Of a stretch of 64,000 nucleotides of DNA, positions 27,062 through 40,790 are shown in pieces. Source of the stretch: Eledone cirrhosa (lineage: Eukaryota); contig OZ024741.1 in the NCBI GenBank assembly GCA_964016885.1, positions 333,870,001 to 333,934,000 of the forward strand, read 5' to 3'. The notes beneath the pieces are model-generated. The model ran no database searches. It worked only from the letters and a program-made list of their open reading frames with translations, and was not told where the DNA came from. The position numbers and the translations under genes were made by a program. Position 1 is the stretch's first letter; every line of letters begins with the position of its first letter.

Positions 27062-29449
27062 ATGAGTCATAATACACTGGTAACTCTGTGGACATTGTTG
27101 TCTCTGGTTCCATTCTCTACCTGTGTTGACCTCACCTATCATGTAGAAGAGGAAAAGAGTGAAGGAAGCTTCTTGGGAGATATTGCTTCAGATTCCCATT
27201 TGCTGCACAGTGTACCTCTGAAGGACCATCATTTGGTTACATTTAGTCAACTTCAACATAGCACAACCACAAGTTCAGGGCTGTTTAATGTCTCAAAGAC
27301 AGGAAAATTATTTACTGCTAGAAAGCTAGATGCTGAATCACTCTGTATGTACAACACGGAATGTTTCAGGATTGTGAAAGTTGCAGTTAAAAGAGCTGAA
27401 ACATTCATGAAAATACTTAAAATCAAAGTGATATTAGAAGGTATTAATGACCACAAACCCCAATTTCAAAAGAAAGAAATCACCATAGAATTTTCAGAAG
27501 ATGATAGCAAAGGAGCAAGGAGATCATTACCTAATGCTGTAGACAAAGATGTAGGGCTTTTGAATTCTCAAATTACATATCAGTTAAAGAAAAAGAAAGA
27601 TGAACCATTTACATTAACAGTTTCTAAAAACCTGGATGGTACCTCAGAATTGTCTATCAATTTAGAAGAACGACTAAATCGAGAAGTAAAAGATATTTAT
27701 TCCCTTCAAGTGATTGCAAAAGACGGGGGATATCCAACAAAACAAAGTATTCTAGGAGTAAAGGTATCAGTTACCGATGTCAATGATAATGTTCCTATTT
27801 TCTCTCAGAATATCTACAATGTTTCTATAAAAAATGAATTACATCAAGAAGACCCCATTGTTGTTCTGACAGCAAAAGACATGGATATTGGAGAAAACGC
27901 AAATATTTCATATCATTTTACACTGAAAACATCAGATATTGCTAAAGAACACTTTAGACTAAATAAAGAAACAGGAGAAATTTACCTTCATGAGACATTT
28001 GCACTGGGCCAAACACTGGTCCATAAGCTCTTTGTTCGAGCTACAGATGGAGGTGGACCACCTTTAAGTTCTATTGCAATGGTTCTTGTCTATGTGGTGA
28101 ACCAACAAAATAATGCACCAAATATAGATGTGAACTTTGTTAGTGCATTAACTGGAAACCGAGTGGCTATTTCTGAAGATATCAAAGTTGGTAGTTTCAT
28201 TGCTTATGTAATGGTCACTGATAATGATATTGGAAATAATGGTGATGTCACTTGTGATCTAAAGCATAAAACATTTCAGCTTTTAAGTTTAGGGTCTAAG
28301 GAATATAAAGTAACAGTGAAACAGGCTGTTGATAGAGAGAAAGAAGACAATTATGATATCACAATATCATGTCAAGATAAAGGCTCACCACCCTTAAAAA
28401 CAGAGAGCCAATTTTCCATTCAAGTATTAGATGTGAATGATTTAAGGCCCCAATTTTCAAAACAAACCTTTAAATTCTTGACCTATGAAAATCAGAAACC
28501 AAATTTCCCAATTGGTTTTATTAATGCCACTGATCAAGATACGGGAGTTGGGGGAGAGTTAACTTATTCTCTATTAGAAAGCAATAAAAATTACCTTCCT
28601 TTTAAGATTACGAAAAATGGTTTTATATCAACCACAAGAACTTTAGATTGTGAACAAAAAGAAATTTATAAATTTAAAGTTTTAGTCAAAGACAATGGAA
28701 TACCATCATTAAACAACACAGCTGATGTTGTTGTTGAAGTCATGGATGAAAATGACAATGCCCCATATTTTGTTTTCCCTAACATTAACCCTTTCAGCCT
28801 AGATATTTTTTATCATCCCCAGTCTAAGAATAACATCACAGTTCTAAAAGCTTCTGACAGAGACAGTCGAATGAATGCTTTTCTCAGGTACGAAATAGTG
28901 GGAGGAGATGACAAACTGATGTTCAAAGTGAACCCTTATACAGGTCACCTGTCTTTTTCTCGTCCAATTTACCAAACCGATGCTGGGACATACAGGTTAA
29001 GAGTAGCTGTCAAAGACAATGGTACTCCAACATTATCAGCAACAACTACACTGTCTTTGAAAGTTATATTAAGTAATAACACATCAGAAATGCTGACTGC
29101 AACATACAAACAAACGGATGGCATGATAAACCTTAATCTAGCCATTGTTATTGTTGTTGTAGCAGTAATACTATCAGTTGCTCTTGTTATTTTCATAACA
29201 GCTTGTGTTGTCAGATACAACAATTTAAAAAATACTTCTCATGGGGCAAAATTGAACCATATGAATAAGTTTTGTCGAGAAAAGAGGAACTTAATATCAG
29301 AGACAAGTAATTCTATAGTAACATTAAGAAGTCCAGATGACATAAGAAGTAGCCAGATGTTTAGATCAAGAAGTCAACTTTATCCAGATGTTGAATCACA
29401 GAATGACTGGGATACCTCATCATCCAGAACATTACCACCAAATACTCAG
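27062..29449 (+). CDS. Protocadherin, large first coding exon (signal peptide, 6 cadherin repeats, TM, start of cytoplasmic domain)
   Basis: ORF 26900-29551 contains cadherin motifs (INDHKPQF, DVNDNVPIF, DVNDLRPQF, DENDNAPYF, DxDxGxN, AxDxGxP) and a TM segment LAIVIVVVAVILSVALVIFITACVV. Acceptor ttcttctttcAG at 27011-27012. ATG 27062 starts a hydrophobic signal (MSHNTLVTLWTLLSLVPFSTC). Donor CAG|GTAGGG after 29449 (phase 0). Confidence 0.93.
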
Positions 29450-32025
29450 GTAGGGATTTTACCATTGCCTAGAGAACTGGTGGGGAGGGGCGTGTGCATG
29501 TGTGTGGAATGTGGGGTGTGTATATGTGGTGTGAGTGTGGGTGGGTTTTAGGGGCTCAGGTATGTGTGTGGGGGATGTGTATTTGTATGTATGTGTGTTT
29601 GTGTGTGTATATGTGTAGGTGATGTATGTGTGTGGGGGATGTATGTGTGTGGGGGGATGTATGTGTGTGTGGGTGAGGGCAGTGACTGAGATGGGAATAT
29701 ATTTCATTGTATTTATACAGAAGTGTTGTGTCACTTATTGTCATTGATGTTGTTGTTCTTAAATCCCACCAAGATCAACTTTACCTTTCATCCTTCTGAT
29801 GTTGTTAAAATAAAGTACAAGTCATGTACTGGGGTTGATTTAATCAACTTACCCCTCCCCCAAATTGCTGTCCTTGTGCCTAATTTAGAAATCATTGTTA
29901 ACCTCAGATGATCCATAATTGAGCAGAACTATGATCAAAAGCTTTCCAATTGTGACCAACTTGTCTTTTTTTTTTTTATGTCTTCATTAATGTAAACAAT
30001 ACCCAATGTGTACTTTAGAAAAACTACAGTATAGTGTATGATTTGAAAGAGGTTTGGCTGCTATTTCTAGCAGGCTGAGCAGCCAAGCAATTTAGTACAC
30101 AAGCCAAGATTACTGTATATAAATGTATACAAGCCGTGAAATGTGACAAAAATGTGATGGTAAAATAGGAGAAGGGTGTATTAAAAAGGTTTTAAAATAT
30201 GTATTATTCCAGGCATAAAAGACCCTTCAGTTGCAATGAGGGTGTGAAAACCTCCCTAGTGTTGATGATCTACATGATAAAAGTACCCAGTACATGTTGT
30301 AGAGTGGTTGGTGTCAGGAAGGGCATCAAGCCATAGAAAGCTTGCCAAACAAAAGGTTGGGAGGACACCACCATCTAGTTGTGTCAAAGACATGACAACC
30401 ACTCTATTGCTGGTGCCGCAATAAAATGCACTTGGTAGAAAGTGAAACTATATGGATGCAAGATGTGAAGCCCCAGCCTGTCTGGGAAGTCAGTGACTCT
30501 GCTTCAATATAGATTCAGTCTGTGAAGAATTGTCCAACTCTTGTTAGCAGGGAAAGTGGATGTTAAATGATGATGATGATGGTTTCATGTTGCATTAAAC
30601 AGCAATTACAAAGCCTGCTTTGTGTCTCCCTATTTACATATATATACCTGCTATGGTTATATAGCTTCTAATTGGATGGAAGGAAGTATTGGTGGTGTGT
30701 TTGTGTAATGGTAACACACTGGTCTGGCAAACCAAAGATGTGAGTTTGTGTCCCATGTACATCAATACTCATCCTTTTTCCACTCAGAGGGTTTTTTTTA
30801 AATCCCAACTAACAGACTACTTTTAGTTAGTCAAATATGGCTTAAGCCCATGTTACTATCTAATTTATATTTACAAATGTTTCCACCTACATGTATTATC
30901 TATGATTTATTGGGATTTTTCATATGGATTATAGAGAAATATAAACAGTTATATTTTTTTCGAAGAAAAATATCAATATTGGTATTAGGTATCAAACAAA
31001 ACTTAACTATGTATGCCTACTTAAATTCCAGAGTTAATTATATATGGCTTGTGAATGAAACTCTTGATGGAGTCACAGGGGTGCCATCAGGATATATGGT
31101 GTGTTTTGGACACTTTAAACCTGGTGATGTCTATCCACTCTCTAGCTCTGAACACAATTTCTTCAAAAGAAGGAGAGAGAAGTGAGAAAGAGTCAACTTC
31201 AGCAATATACTGGTACTTTTTTTTATCAACCCCAAAATGATGAAAGTCAGAGTTGAACTTAGTGAGATGTGAACTCAGAGAGGTGAAACAAATACTGCAT
31301 AGAATCCAATCTGATGTTCTAACGACTGTCAATTCACCACCTCTTTGGCTTGTGTATAGTATACATATATATCATCATCATCATTATAGTCATACCTTCA
31401 GCCTATTGGGTGCAGGTATTTGAGGTAAAATTGTCTTATACATAAAAAAATATGGTAGATAATCATTTTTCTTTCGTTACACACTTAATGCTTTTCTGTC
31501 CAATGTACACACACATATATATATACATGCACATATACATACTCACACACATATACATATATACACATGCACATAAACACACACATATGTGCATATATAT
31601 ATACATGATGGACCTCCATTGGTTTCAATGATCAATGTTCTGGTTGTTTTATAAATGGAACTGCCTGCTCATGAAATTAAGTGACCAAGCATTCCACAGC
31701 CATGTGTACTTTTATCATGATACTCAGAGAGATTCTATGTGACAAGGATAGCTCTTTGAATTACAGGTCCAGTCCATTTGATGGGCTTCCAATCAGTTTC
31801 TGTCTACCCAATTTCCACTTAGTTATTAACCATATCTTCAAGTGTCCACCTGAAGATATGGTTAATGGTACTTAGTCAAGATGTCCCACAGTGGGATCAA
31901 ACCAGGGACCCAATGCTGGTGAAGTAAACATCTTCATCATTCAGTTATCCTGTGTTCATATATACCCATACATATATAAATATATCATTCTACACTACTG
32001 ACTCATTCCTTTCTCTTCCATACAG

Positions 32026-32176
32026 GTGTGTATACAGAGAATAGCAACTACAGACAGCATACTAGAAGATAGTACACTTATGATTCCAAGTATAAGGAGA
32101 GAGACTCTGTCTTCTCATACTGATTTCGGACATGGTTGGAGTGAAGGTGACTCCGGAGAGTATGAAGAGATTCCAG
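32026..32176 (+). CDS. Protocadherin cytoplasmic exon (VCIQRIATT...HTDFGHGWSEGDSGEYEEIP)
   Basis: Acceptor ttctcttccatacAG and donor CAG|GTGAGT. Open in phase 0. Contains a DxGxGxSE/D protocadherin CM1-like motif. Confidence 0.85.
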
Positions 32177-33371
32177 GTGAGTTAATCAACCATCCTCACT
32201 TTTAACTTAACAATAAAAGACATTTACCTACTAGAATCTAATATTATCTGACATGTAATAATGTGATTTCAGTCCAGGATTTGTATTTGAATTGGAACAC
32301 TTTAAAACAGGTGGTTTCAGGCAGGTTGCTGTTTAACTCTTGACATCTTCTAATGATTTAGCAGAAAAAGTAAAAATATAGGTTTGTTAATTCAAATGTT
32401 TATAGTATCTTAACTAATAGACAGATCATTGTAAAAATTTACAGTAAACTAGAGTAAAGAGATACATTTTAATATGCTGTAGTGATAGTGCTGTTTTGCA
32501 AATTGCAAATGTAGCTTCATATGGTTTGTAAATTCAAATGTTTAAAATATCTTTACTAATTGTAGTAAAGACTTTAATTATTAATGTGTTGTAGTTTTGT
32601 ACTTTACAAGAATGTCTTTCAAATGCAGTTTACTGCAGTACAGGATGTAGTTATAGTATAGTTTTGTACTTTTCAAGAATGTCTTGTAAACACAGTTTCA
32701 TGCAGTATGGGATGTAGTCATAGTGTAGTTTTGTATTTTTCAAGAATGCCATGTAAATGCTGTTTCATGCAGTACAGGATGTTAAGAGTTTAAAAACTAA
32801 TATTTATACAGTATATATAGCTAGATGATAAAGAATATTACTCAAATATACTAGGTTTGAGGAAAAAAAAAACAAAGAACACATAAATACAAGTTTTCAG
32901 TTGTTGATCACATGCTAAAATTAACTTAGTTTTTTATTTTTTGTTGTTCTTTTTGAAGAAGAAAAATCAAAGCAAAGCATATGTTGTGTGTGGTGCAAAG
33001 TAAAATTAATCTTATTAGAATTAAGATTAAAATTAGATTCAGACTTAAGAATACGTTTTGTTCAGTGAAAATTTGTCAAACAGATGCTGCTGTAAACTGA
33101 TTAATTATTTAAATTACTACTACTATCACTAGGTGAAAGCATGACTGTGTGGTTGATTAACATAATGCTCCCAGATTCAATCCCACTGCATGGCACCTTG
33201 GTTAAGTGTCTTCTTTTATACTACGTGGAATTTGGGAAATGGAAAATGTGTGGAAGGCAGTTATCATCATCATTTAAGAAAAAAAATTATTTATATATAT
33301 ATATATATAGGTTTGCTGGGGATCAGTAGACTGATTGGACCAATAATGATCTTATTTACGCATACATATAT

Positions 33372-33711
33372 CATCATCATCATCATCATTTTACGTCCGC
33401 TTTTCCCTGCATGCAAGGGTGGGACGGGAACTGATTCTAGCTTGATTTCTTCAGCTGGATGCCCTTCCTAACACCAACCTCATTTACAGTGAGTGCTGGG
33501 TGCTTTTTTGCCATGGCACCTCTGCGACCACTTTGCAGTGGAATGATAGGGACCCCTGTCCCTATCATCTCATTTCTACAGCTGAGTAAACTGGAGCAAT
33601 GTGAAATAAAGTGTCTTGCTCAAGGAAACAACACATCACCCGGTCTGAGAATTGAACTCACAACCTTTCGATTGCAAGGGCAATGCGCTAACCACTAAGC
33701 TATGTGCCTCC
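33372..33711 (-). mobile_element. SINE family B copy (intronic)
   Basis: Highly similar to 1274-1614. Confidence 0.85.
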
Positions 33712-34196
33712 ATCTATATATATCCATCCAAATATATCAAATTAGAAGGTAGAGTTAAAAACTCACAATAATACCTATGATCCAATGAGCTCCAGGAAGA
33801 GAGACTGAGCTCTTTATAAATCATAGTAACGAGAGAAAGACACATGATAAATTATAATTTATTACAAGTGTTTCTCTCATAACTATTATATATATACATA
33901 TATTCAATCCAATCCAACCAAGGGACTTTTCACTCCTGTTGGAGGAGCCCCTCATTTGTTGGTTATGTCAAGGCTGTAGTCATTCACTGTGCTTTGATAA
34001 ATGCAGAATGGTGAGGCTATTTAACCCATAATTGGGGTGGATGGTTGATGATTCTGAAAAGTTCATCTGTCCTTTTAACAGATTTTGATTTTGTGCTGTT
34101 GGGGTTCCACTTACCCTCCTTGCCTGACTAAGGTCTAGTCACGGGGAGACTGGTTTAATTTTTGACCACTCAATCATGAAGCAGGTTGTACTGAGT

Positions 34197-34238
<42 letters not shown>

Positions 34239-35806
34239 GCACCAGTTTTCTACTGCTGCAGCAGCTTCTTGACTCTTCTTCACCCAACAATCATCATCCA
34301 TAGGCATCAAATGTCTGAACCAACAGTCTTTTCTCTTGTACATGACATACAATTCCTATTGAATCCATTTTTTTCTCACAACTCAGTGGTTCTTCATCAT
34401 TCATGAACATTAACATGACACATCCAATATTTAGTATGTGTAAACATCACACGTGTTCATCATCATTATTATCAATTAATATTTGTTATCCCTACTATCA
34501 GACTGGGCCAGTACTTATTTAGAACTACTGACCTCTCAGATGAACTGTGGACTGCTTGCATACATTTCTACACTTTATAGATTTTATTTTATTATGGCAC
34601 CAGCATTAGGGAGCTTGCCCTGTCTTTGACATAACTGAAGAGTCCTCTCAACCCGTTGTTTGGCATGTGATTTTTTTTTTATGGCTGGGTGCCCTCCCTA
34701 TAGCCAACCACTTTAAAGAGTGGACTAAATGCTTTTTATTTTGTCAACCAACACTAGAGATGTCTCACCCTTCATACAACTGAACTCATTATTCTAAATC
34801 TTGCTATGTTACTGCTACTGCTAATTAAAACTAGATTCATTGAATGGTTATTACAAGTTACAATTTATGTTAATATTGCTGATATTTTAGTTTCCTTCAT
34901 CATCTATAACTCAACATTTTCCTATGAAAGTTGCAAGTTATCTGAATTAGTTATCAAGTCTTTATATCTCTTACACATCTTTCCAGCTATCTGTCTGTCT
35001 GTCTCTCTGTCTGTCTCTGTATCTATCTGCCCGTATCTATCTATGTATCTATCTATCAATGTATCTATCTATCTGCCTAAACATAAAAGTAAAATAAAAG
35101 TAAAATAAAACATTCTCTAGTAATTTTACCTCAAAAATCAAGTTTCTTTTTCCAAAGTCACTAACTGGTTCATTTTCAGTCTCATACAAACACCAATTCC
35201 ATCGTTAATGAAATAATCTATCTATTTTCAATATTATTAGCTTTCAATATTATTTCCGTGCTTTTCGTTGCAATCATGTCTGTCCGTTAACTTTAAATCT
35301 AGCTAGTTTACTGCAAAACACAATTTTTCTTCCATACAGCACTGGCTTAATTATGGTATGAGTTTTAAAATTCCTGAAGCCATACTTTCACCGTGATTAT
35401 AGATATTTTATGATTTTTGTTTTATTTTATTATATATATTTATTAATTTTTTTTTTGTATACTTTTTAGGTAGTTTGTATTTACAACATTGTAAAGATTC
35501 TCTTAACAATTTTGAGATTTTTGAAATTAAAAATTAAATCCATTTAAGAAAGTAATTAAATAAGAACACCTATCTATATATATTCTTCAATATGATGATG
35601 ATAATGATAATGATGATGATGGTAGTGGTGTGATATGATGATGATGATAAAGTGATGGTGGCGATGATATATGATGGTGAATCACAAATATAATTTTGCG
35701 ATAGTATTGAATACTTTCTGAAAGTAATCTGTTGTTTATGAAACTAAATTCTAATCCTTATTTATCTTTTGTTTTCATCTTCTGTAGCTGTTTTTCTTTT
35801 TGTTTT

Positions 35807-35845
<39 letters not shown>

Positions 35846-35846
<1 letters not shown>

Positions 35847-36220
35847 TTTAAGTCGTTTGGAAGCTTCGACAATGCAAATGGGTAAATCTCCGGGTAACAA
35901 GATCCGGTGGTGGAGAGAGAGATGTAAGTGGGTGTACGTTGAGATGCGTGGTGTGTATAAGACGTGTAGAGGAATGAAGTAAAGAGTATAAAGGATAAAA
36001 TAAAAATAACCACACGAGAGAGAGAGAGTTACCTTGGGAGAGATTTAATTGTCCCTATATATTTCAGATTCACATCCATCAACTGGGGGTTTTTTCCGGG
36101 GTGGGGGAAAGGTTGTCTGTCGGAAAGGTGCAAAACGCATTTGCATTGTCGAGGCTTCCAAACGACTTAAAGATATTTACCTATTATTCCACAATGCTTC
36201 AAGCAAACTTCAATACTCTC
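35846..36220. mobile_element. Element with 35-bp inverted repeats (35846-35880 / 36138-36172) in the last protocadherin intron
   Basis: ctttaagtcgtttggaagcttcgacaatgcaaatg versus its reverse complement, 1 mismatch. The left arm abuts (TA)n. Confidence 0.6.
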
Positions 36221-36266
36221 ATATATATATACATTATTAATTCTATTTCTTCTTCTACTTCTTCAG

Positions 36267-36337
36267 ATTCCTGCACTCCATTGGTGAATAAGCCCAGATC
36301 TAATCTACAATCCATAACCGTTATCAAACCTTTATGA
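36267..36337 (+). CDS. Probable last coding exon of the protocadherin (DSCTPLVNKPRSNLQSITVIKPL*)
   Basis: Long pyrimidine tract ttcttcttctacttcttcAG. Reads in frame with the phase-1 donor at 32176 and ends at TGA 36335-36337. Confidence 0.6.
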
Positions 36338-37456
36338 AAAAAGATATATATATATATTCAGTCACTTTAGAATCTTACTTTAAACAGAGAAACTTTAAGA
36401 GAATACCCAATAAAGCCAAACACTATGAAAATTGTTAATGATAATACTAATAATAACTAATAATAACTAATAATAATTAATAATAATAAATAATAATAAT
36501 AATGAAATAATAATTATAACAATAATAAGAACAACAATAATAATAATTATATTAATAATAATTGGTATACTGTTCCAGATATGATAGAAGCTGAGAGTTT
36601 ATATCACAGCTTGTCGTTATTTTTTTTTTTGTTACTACATTGATAATATTGTTCTGTCTGTATGCCAAAGTATACATATATATATATATACATGTATGTA
36701 TGTACATATATATATATACATATATGTATGTATATACATATATAAATACATGTATGTATATATATACATATGTATATATATGTATGTATATATATATATA
36801 TGTATATATACATGTATGCATATATATATATATGTATATCATTAATAAATACATTCCATTGAAAACAATACCAGTGTAAATATCATAATAAACGCACTCA
36901 CCCTGTAACATATGTTGTACTATCCCAGCCTTATAAATGTAATTTTTCTGATATCAAAATCTGAAACGTATGGAGGACAATGTTTTATACAATACCTATA
37001 ACTATAACAAAACAAAAACAATACAAAAAAAATCAAAACAAAAAAAAGTGATATAGCCTTTGATATAATAACTTGTACATAACACCAATACTTGTTTATG
37101 TTCACAAACATTTTTTTTTCGGTCTTTTATTTTAATGGAGTTCATAAGTTGAAGGCAGCATGGATGAAGTTCTTTACAAATACTTAAAAAGGAAGTAATA
37201 AAAAAAGAAAGAAAGAAAAAAAATCGACAAAAAACAACAAAAGACACACAAATCAAAGAATTGAAGTATGTCTAAAAATTTCAAAAAATGAAGAAAAAAA
37301 ATGAAAAAAAAAGAAAGAAAAATAATCGAATGACAAAAAAAAAAAATAAAAATGAAAAAAAATAAAAAGGACAAAAGAAAAAAAAATAAACAAGAGCACA
37401 TAACATCTTCTGTAATTATATACATATCAGAACTCTGAAGGTATTTGTTGAAATTA

Positions 37457-37487
<31 letters not shown>

Positions 37488-38099
37488 CAAGAAAAAAATC
37501 TGATTGTAAAAGATGTAAGAGATGAGGGTTCTTGAACTTAGTCTGATATTTAAAACTAATGCACTGTAAGGCACCACACACACTCAATATATTTGTAAAG
37601 AATAGCAGATATCTTTACTTTGTTATTGGCATACTATCGACCTTTTGAATACAATAACCAAAAGAAAAAAAAAAACCTATCAAACCTACATCAAACTAGA
37701 AACCCCCTTGAGGCAGTCAATAACTGTTCCCTGGCAAATTGAAGGTAAGAGCATGTTTATGTTTTCTTTCATCTATTTAGTTTATTTTTATTTGAAAATT
37801 TGAACATGTGAAAGTCCCACATTCAGAGACAGAAAATTATAGGACAGAGGCAGCTACAAATAATTGTAATATCAGTCAATAATGTTAGGTAATAGTTGAG
37901 AAAATTGAGTAAACTACCCCTACAGACAGAAAACAGTAGACGGTGGCAGCTACAAGGAAACCTACTCAAGTCTCAAACACCACTGAAAAAAGCAGCAACA
38001 TTGCTACCAAGAGCAATAGTATTAGCAATGAAGGAAGCATCATTTCCTTGATCTGATCTGGAAAATTTGGCTTTTTCTAACTTTAGTATATCAAAGTAT

Positions 38100-38440
38100 G
38101 GTATGGTATGGTCCCGTAACTCCTGATAGAGTTATAGTGGCGCTGTATTGACATATGGCATTTCTTGGGTATTTTAAGCCTGGCAGAGCCCATCCCTCTC
38201 CAGGCCTGAGTACAGCAGATTTCTTCCAGAGAAGGATAGAAAGTGAGAGAGAAGAAATGAGAAAGAGATATAGAAGAAGAATCGACCCCAGTATTAGACT
38301 GGTTCTTTTTTATAGACCTTGAAAGGATGAAAGGCAAAGTTGACCATGGCAGTATTTGAACTCCGAGAGCAGAGAGTCAGAACGAATGCCATAAACCATT
38401 CTATCTGACTTTCTAACGTCTCTGCCAATTCGCCATCTTC
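38100..38440 (-). mobile_element. SINE family C (A-like head and core, different tail)
   Basis: Tail ctctggaagaaatctgctgtactcaggcctgg...ggagttacgggaccatac. Related copies at 40442-40790 (+), 18135-18440 (-) and 17860-18085 (-). Confidence 0.7.
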
Positions 38441-39039
38441 ATATCGAAGTAGTAACTGTTTTAACAATAAATAGTTCCATTAACAATAATTTTATACATT
38501 ATCTCTTAACATCCACTAATTATTTAGATGAAAATATCTAAAAACAGTTTTGTTAATTCAAATGTTTATAGTAGTTTTAATTGTATTCAGATTGTTGTGA
38601 AAATGTGCAGTTTTAACTCTTATCTTCCTGTAATGATTTAGCAGAAAATATCTAAAATCAGATTTATTAATTCAAATGTTTATAGTATCTTTAATTGTGG
38701 ACAGCTCATTGTGAAAATTTGCACTACAAGAGTAAAAAGTATACATCTTAATATGATGTAGTTGCATTTTCTAAATGTCTATATAAGGTTATCTTTTAAC
38801 ATCCTGTAATGATTTAGTAGAAAATATTGAAAATGGGTTTGTTAATTCAAATGTTTACAGTATGATTACTTGTGGACAGACTAGTGAAAACATGCTTTAA
38901 AAACATTACACCTATCAACACCCCTCAAAGTAAAAAGTGAAAAATATTGAAATTAACCCTTTTAATGCTATTGTGTTTATATCATTCAAAATTATTGCTG
39001 ACGTAACTAGGTATTTATAGAAATTTGGACATATTTTAT

Positions 39040-39285
39040 GAGCTGGCCAGGGTAAATTACCAGCTTTGGGAGTCTATATTTTACATCTAGCCTGGGGCTA
39101 TTACCAGCTTTAAAGTATTTTACATCTGGCCAGGGTTTATTACCAGATTTGGGAGTCTATAATTTACATCTGGCCTGGGTATATTACCAACTTTGGGAGT
39201 TCATATTTTACGAGCTGTCTAGGGTATATTACCAGCATTGTGAACCATATATTTCACATCTAGCCTGGGATTATTACCAGCTTTG
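39040..39285. repeat. ~43-bp tandem repeat, ~6 copies
   Basis: Unit ctggccagggtatattaccagctttgggagtctatattttacat (diverged). Confidence 0.8.
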
Positions 39286-40441
39286 CTTGAGCCTATCTGT
39301 GTCACATAATCAATGGATTGTTCTGAAATGTCTGAATGACTGCCTCTGTGCCTTTGTTCTGTTTGACCAGATCTGATTAAAGTTATTTAAATAGAACAAG
39401 AAGATATCACATTTCAATAGAGATTATATATATATTCATATATATATATATACACACACACTGGCAGATTACAAGAAAGAAGAAAAAAATTGTTTATAAA
39501 ATTTAGTTCTCACACTGAAAACATCTTTGGCCTTTGTTTTTCAGGAAATGATATATTTCTATTGATTGTTTGTTGAGTTGTGACATTTATTTAAAAATCA
39601 CTTCCAGTATTCTTTAATAATTGGCCAAAAGCACTTAGTGAGTGAGCAACACCTTTATAATATCCTTTGTTTCATCTTTCAACAGTCATGTCTGACATTT
39701 TGTCACTTCTTTACATCTCCTAAACAACTGACATTTTTACAGGTAATTTCTACAATGCTTATTTGTAAAGTATTTCTTTGATTGCTGCTTTTGTTGGGTG
39801 TCTAAAGTTTCTTTTGTTGAAAGTCCATTGTTACATTTGTTTGGGGATTTTATAAAAGAAAAAGAAAAATCATCGTTATTTTTCTCAGATTTATTCAAAG
39901 ATTAGCTAATAATTTTTCATAATTTCTTGTAAGAGTTATTTAGCAACATTTTGCATCAAGTGTGTACGTGTTTACCAAGTTATTGTATTACAGTAGCATT
40001 TGCCAGTATACTTGAAATAAATTTTCTTTAAATAGTTTAGTTTCTAAATTCATGTTTCATCTTTCGAGACATGATATTTTTCCGCGTGATTCTACAATTC
40101 TTATTTATAAAGTATTTCTCTCTCAGTGTTATTTTTGTTGAGAGTTTTATGAAGAAATCATTTTCTCAGATACATTCAATGATTAACAAATAAAATGTAC
40201 TGAATTTCTTGTTAGAGTTTAGCATTTTTAGTTATTGAAGCTCATGTTATGTTGTTTTAGCTGCTGTTGAGACACAACTTTTCAGCTATGCATCTTGTAA
40301 TAACAGCTTTTCTTGTAATAGGATCTAGGATTTCTATGAGACAATATCATGCTGTTATTAAAGATATCTTTTATAAAGCAAATTAGTAAATTACTTGTCA
40401 TGTCCATTGTTTATTCCATATAAACTAGATTACATATAGAT

Positions 40442-40790
40442 AGGTGGCGAATTGACATAAACATTAGAACATCGGAGAGAATGTATTGTAGTATTTGTTC
40501 CAGCTCTCTGGTCTCTGTGTTCAAATCATGCCATGGTCAACTTTGCCTTTCATCCATTCGAGGTCAATAAAAAAAAGTACCAGTTTAATACTGGTGTCGA
40601 TTCTTTCTCTATATCTCTTTCTCACTTCCATTCTCTCGCTCTCTATCCATCTCTGGAAGAAATCTGCTGTATTCAGACCTCGAGAAGAGATGGGTTCTGC
40701 CAGGATTCAAAATGCCCTAGAAATACTGTATGTTAGAAAGGCACCCTTATGACTGACTCCCTGACTCCCTCGGGGGTTATGGGACCATGT
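40442..40790 (+). mobile_element. SINE family C copy
   Basis: Matches the reverse complement of 38100-38440. Confidence 0.7.

Noticed and set aside
29450-29551. ORF tail VGILPLPRELVGRGVCMCVEC...
   Set aside because: Read-through past the splice donor into a GT-rich intron.
36040-36090. Hammerhead-like trace on - (ttgatgg..gaaatatatagggac)
   Set aside because: Two core substitutions and an interrupted stem I make it too degenerate to call.
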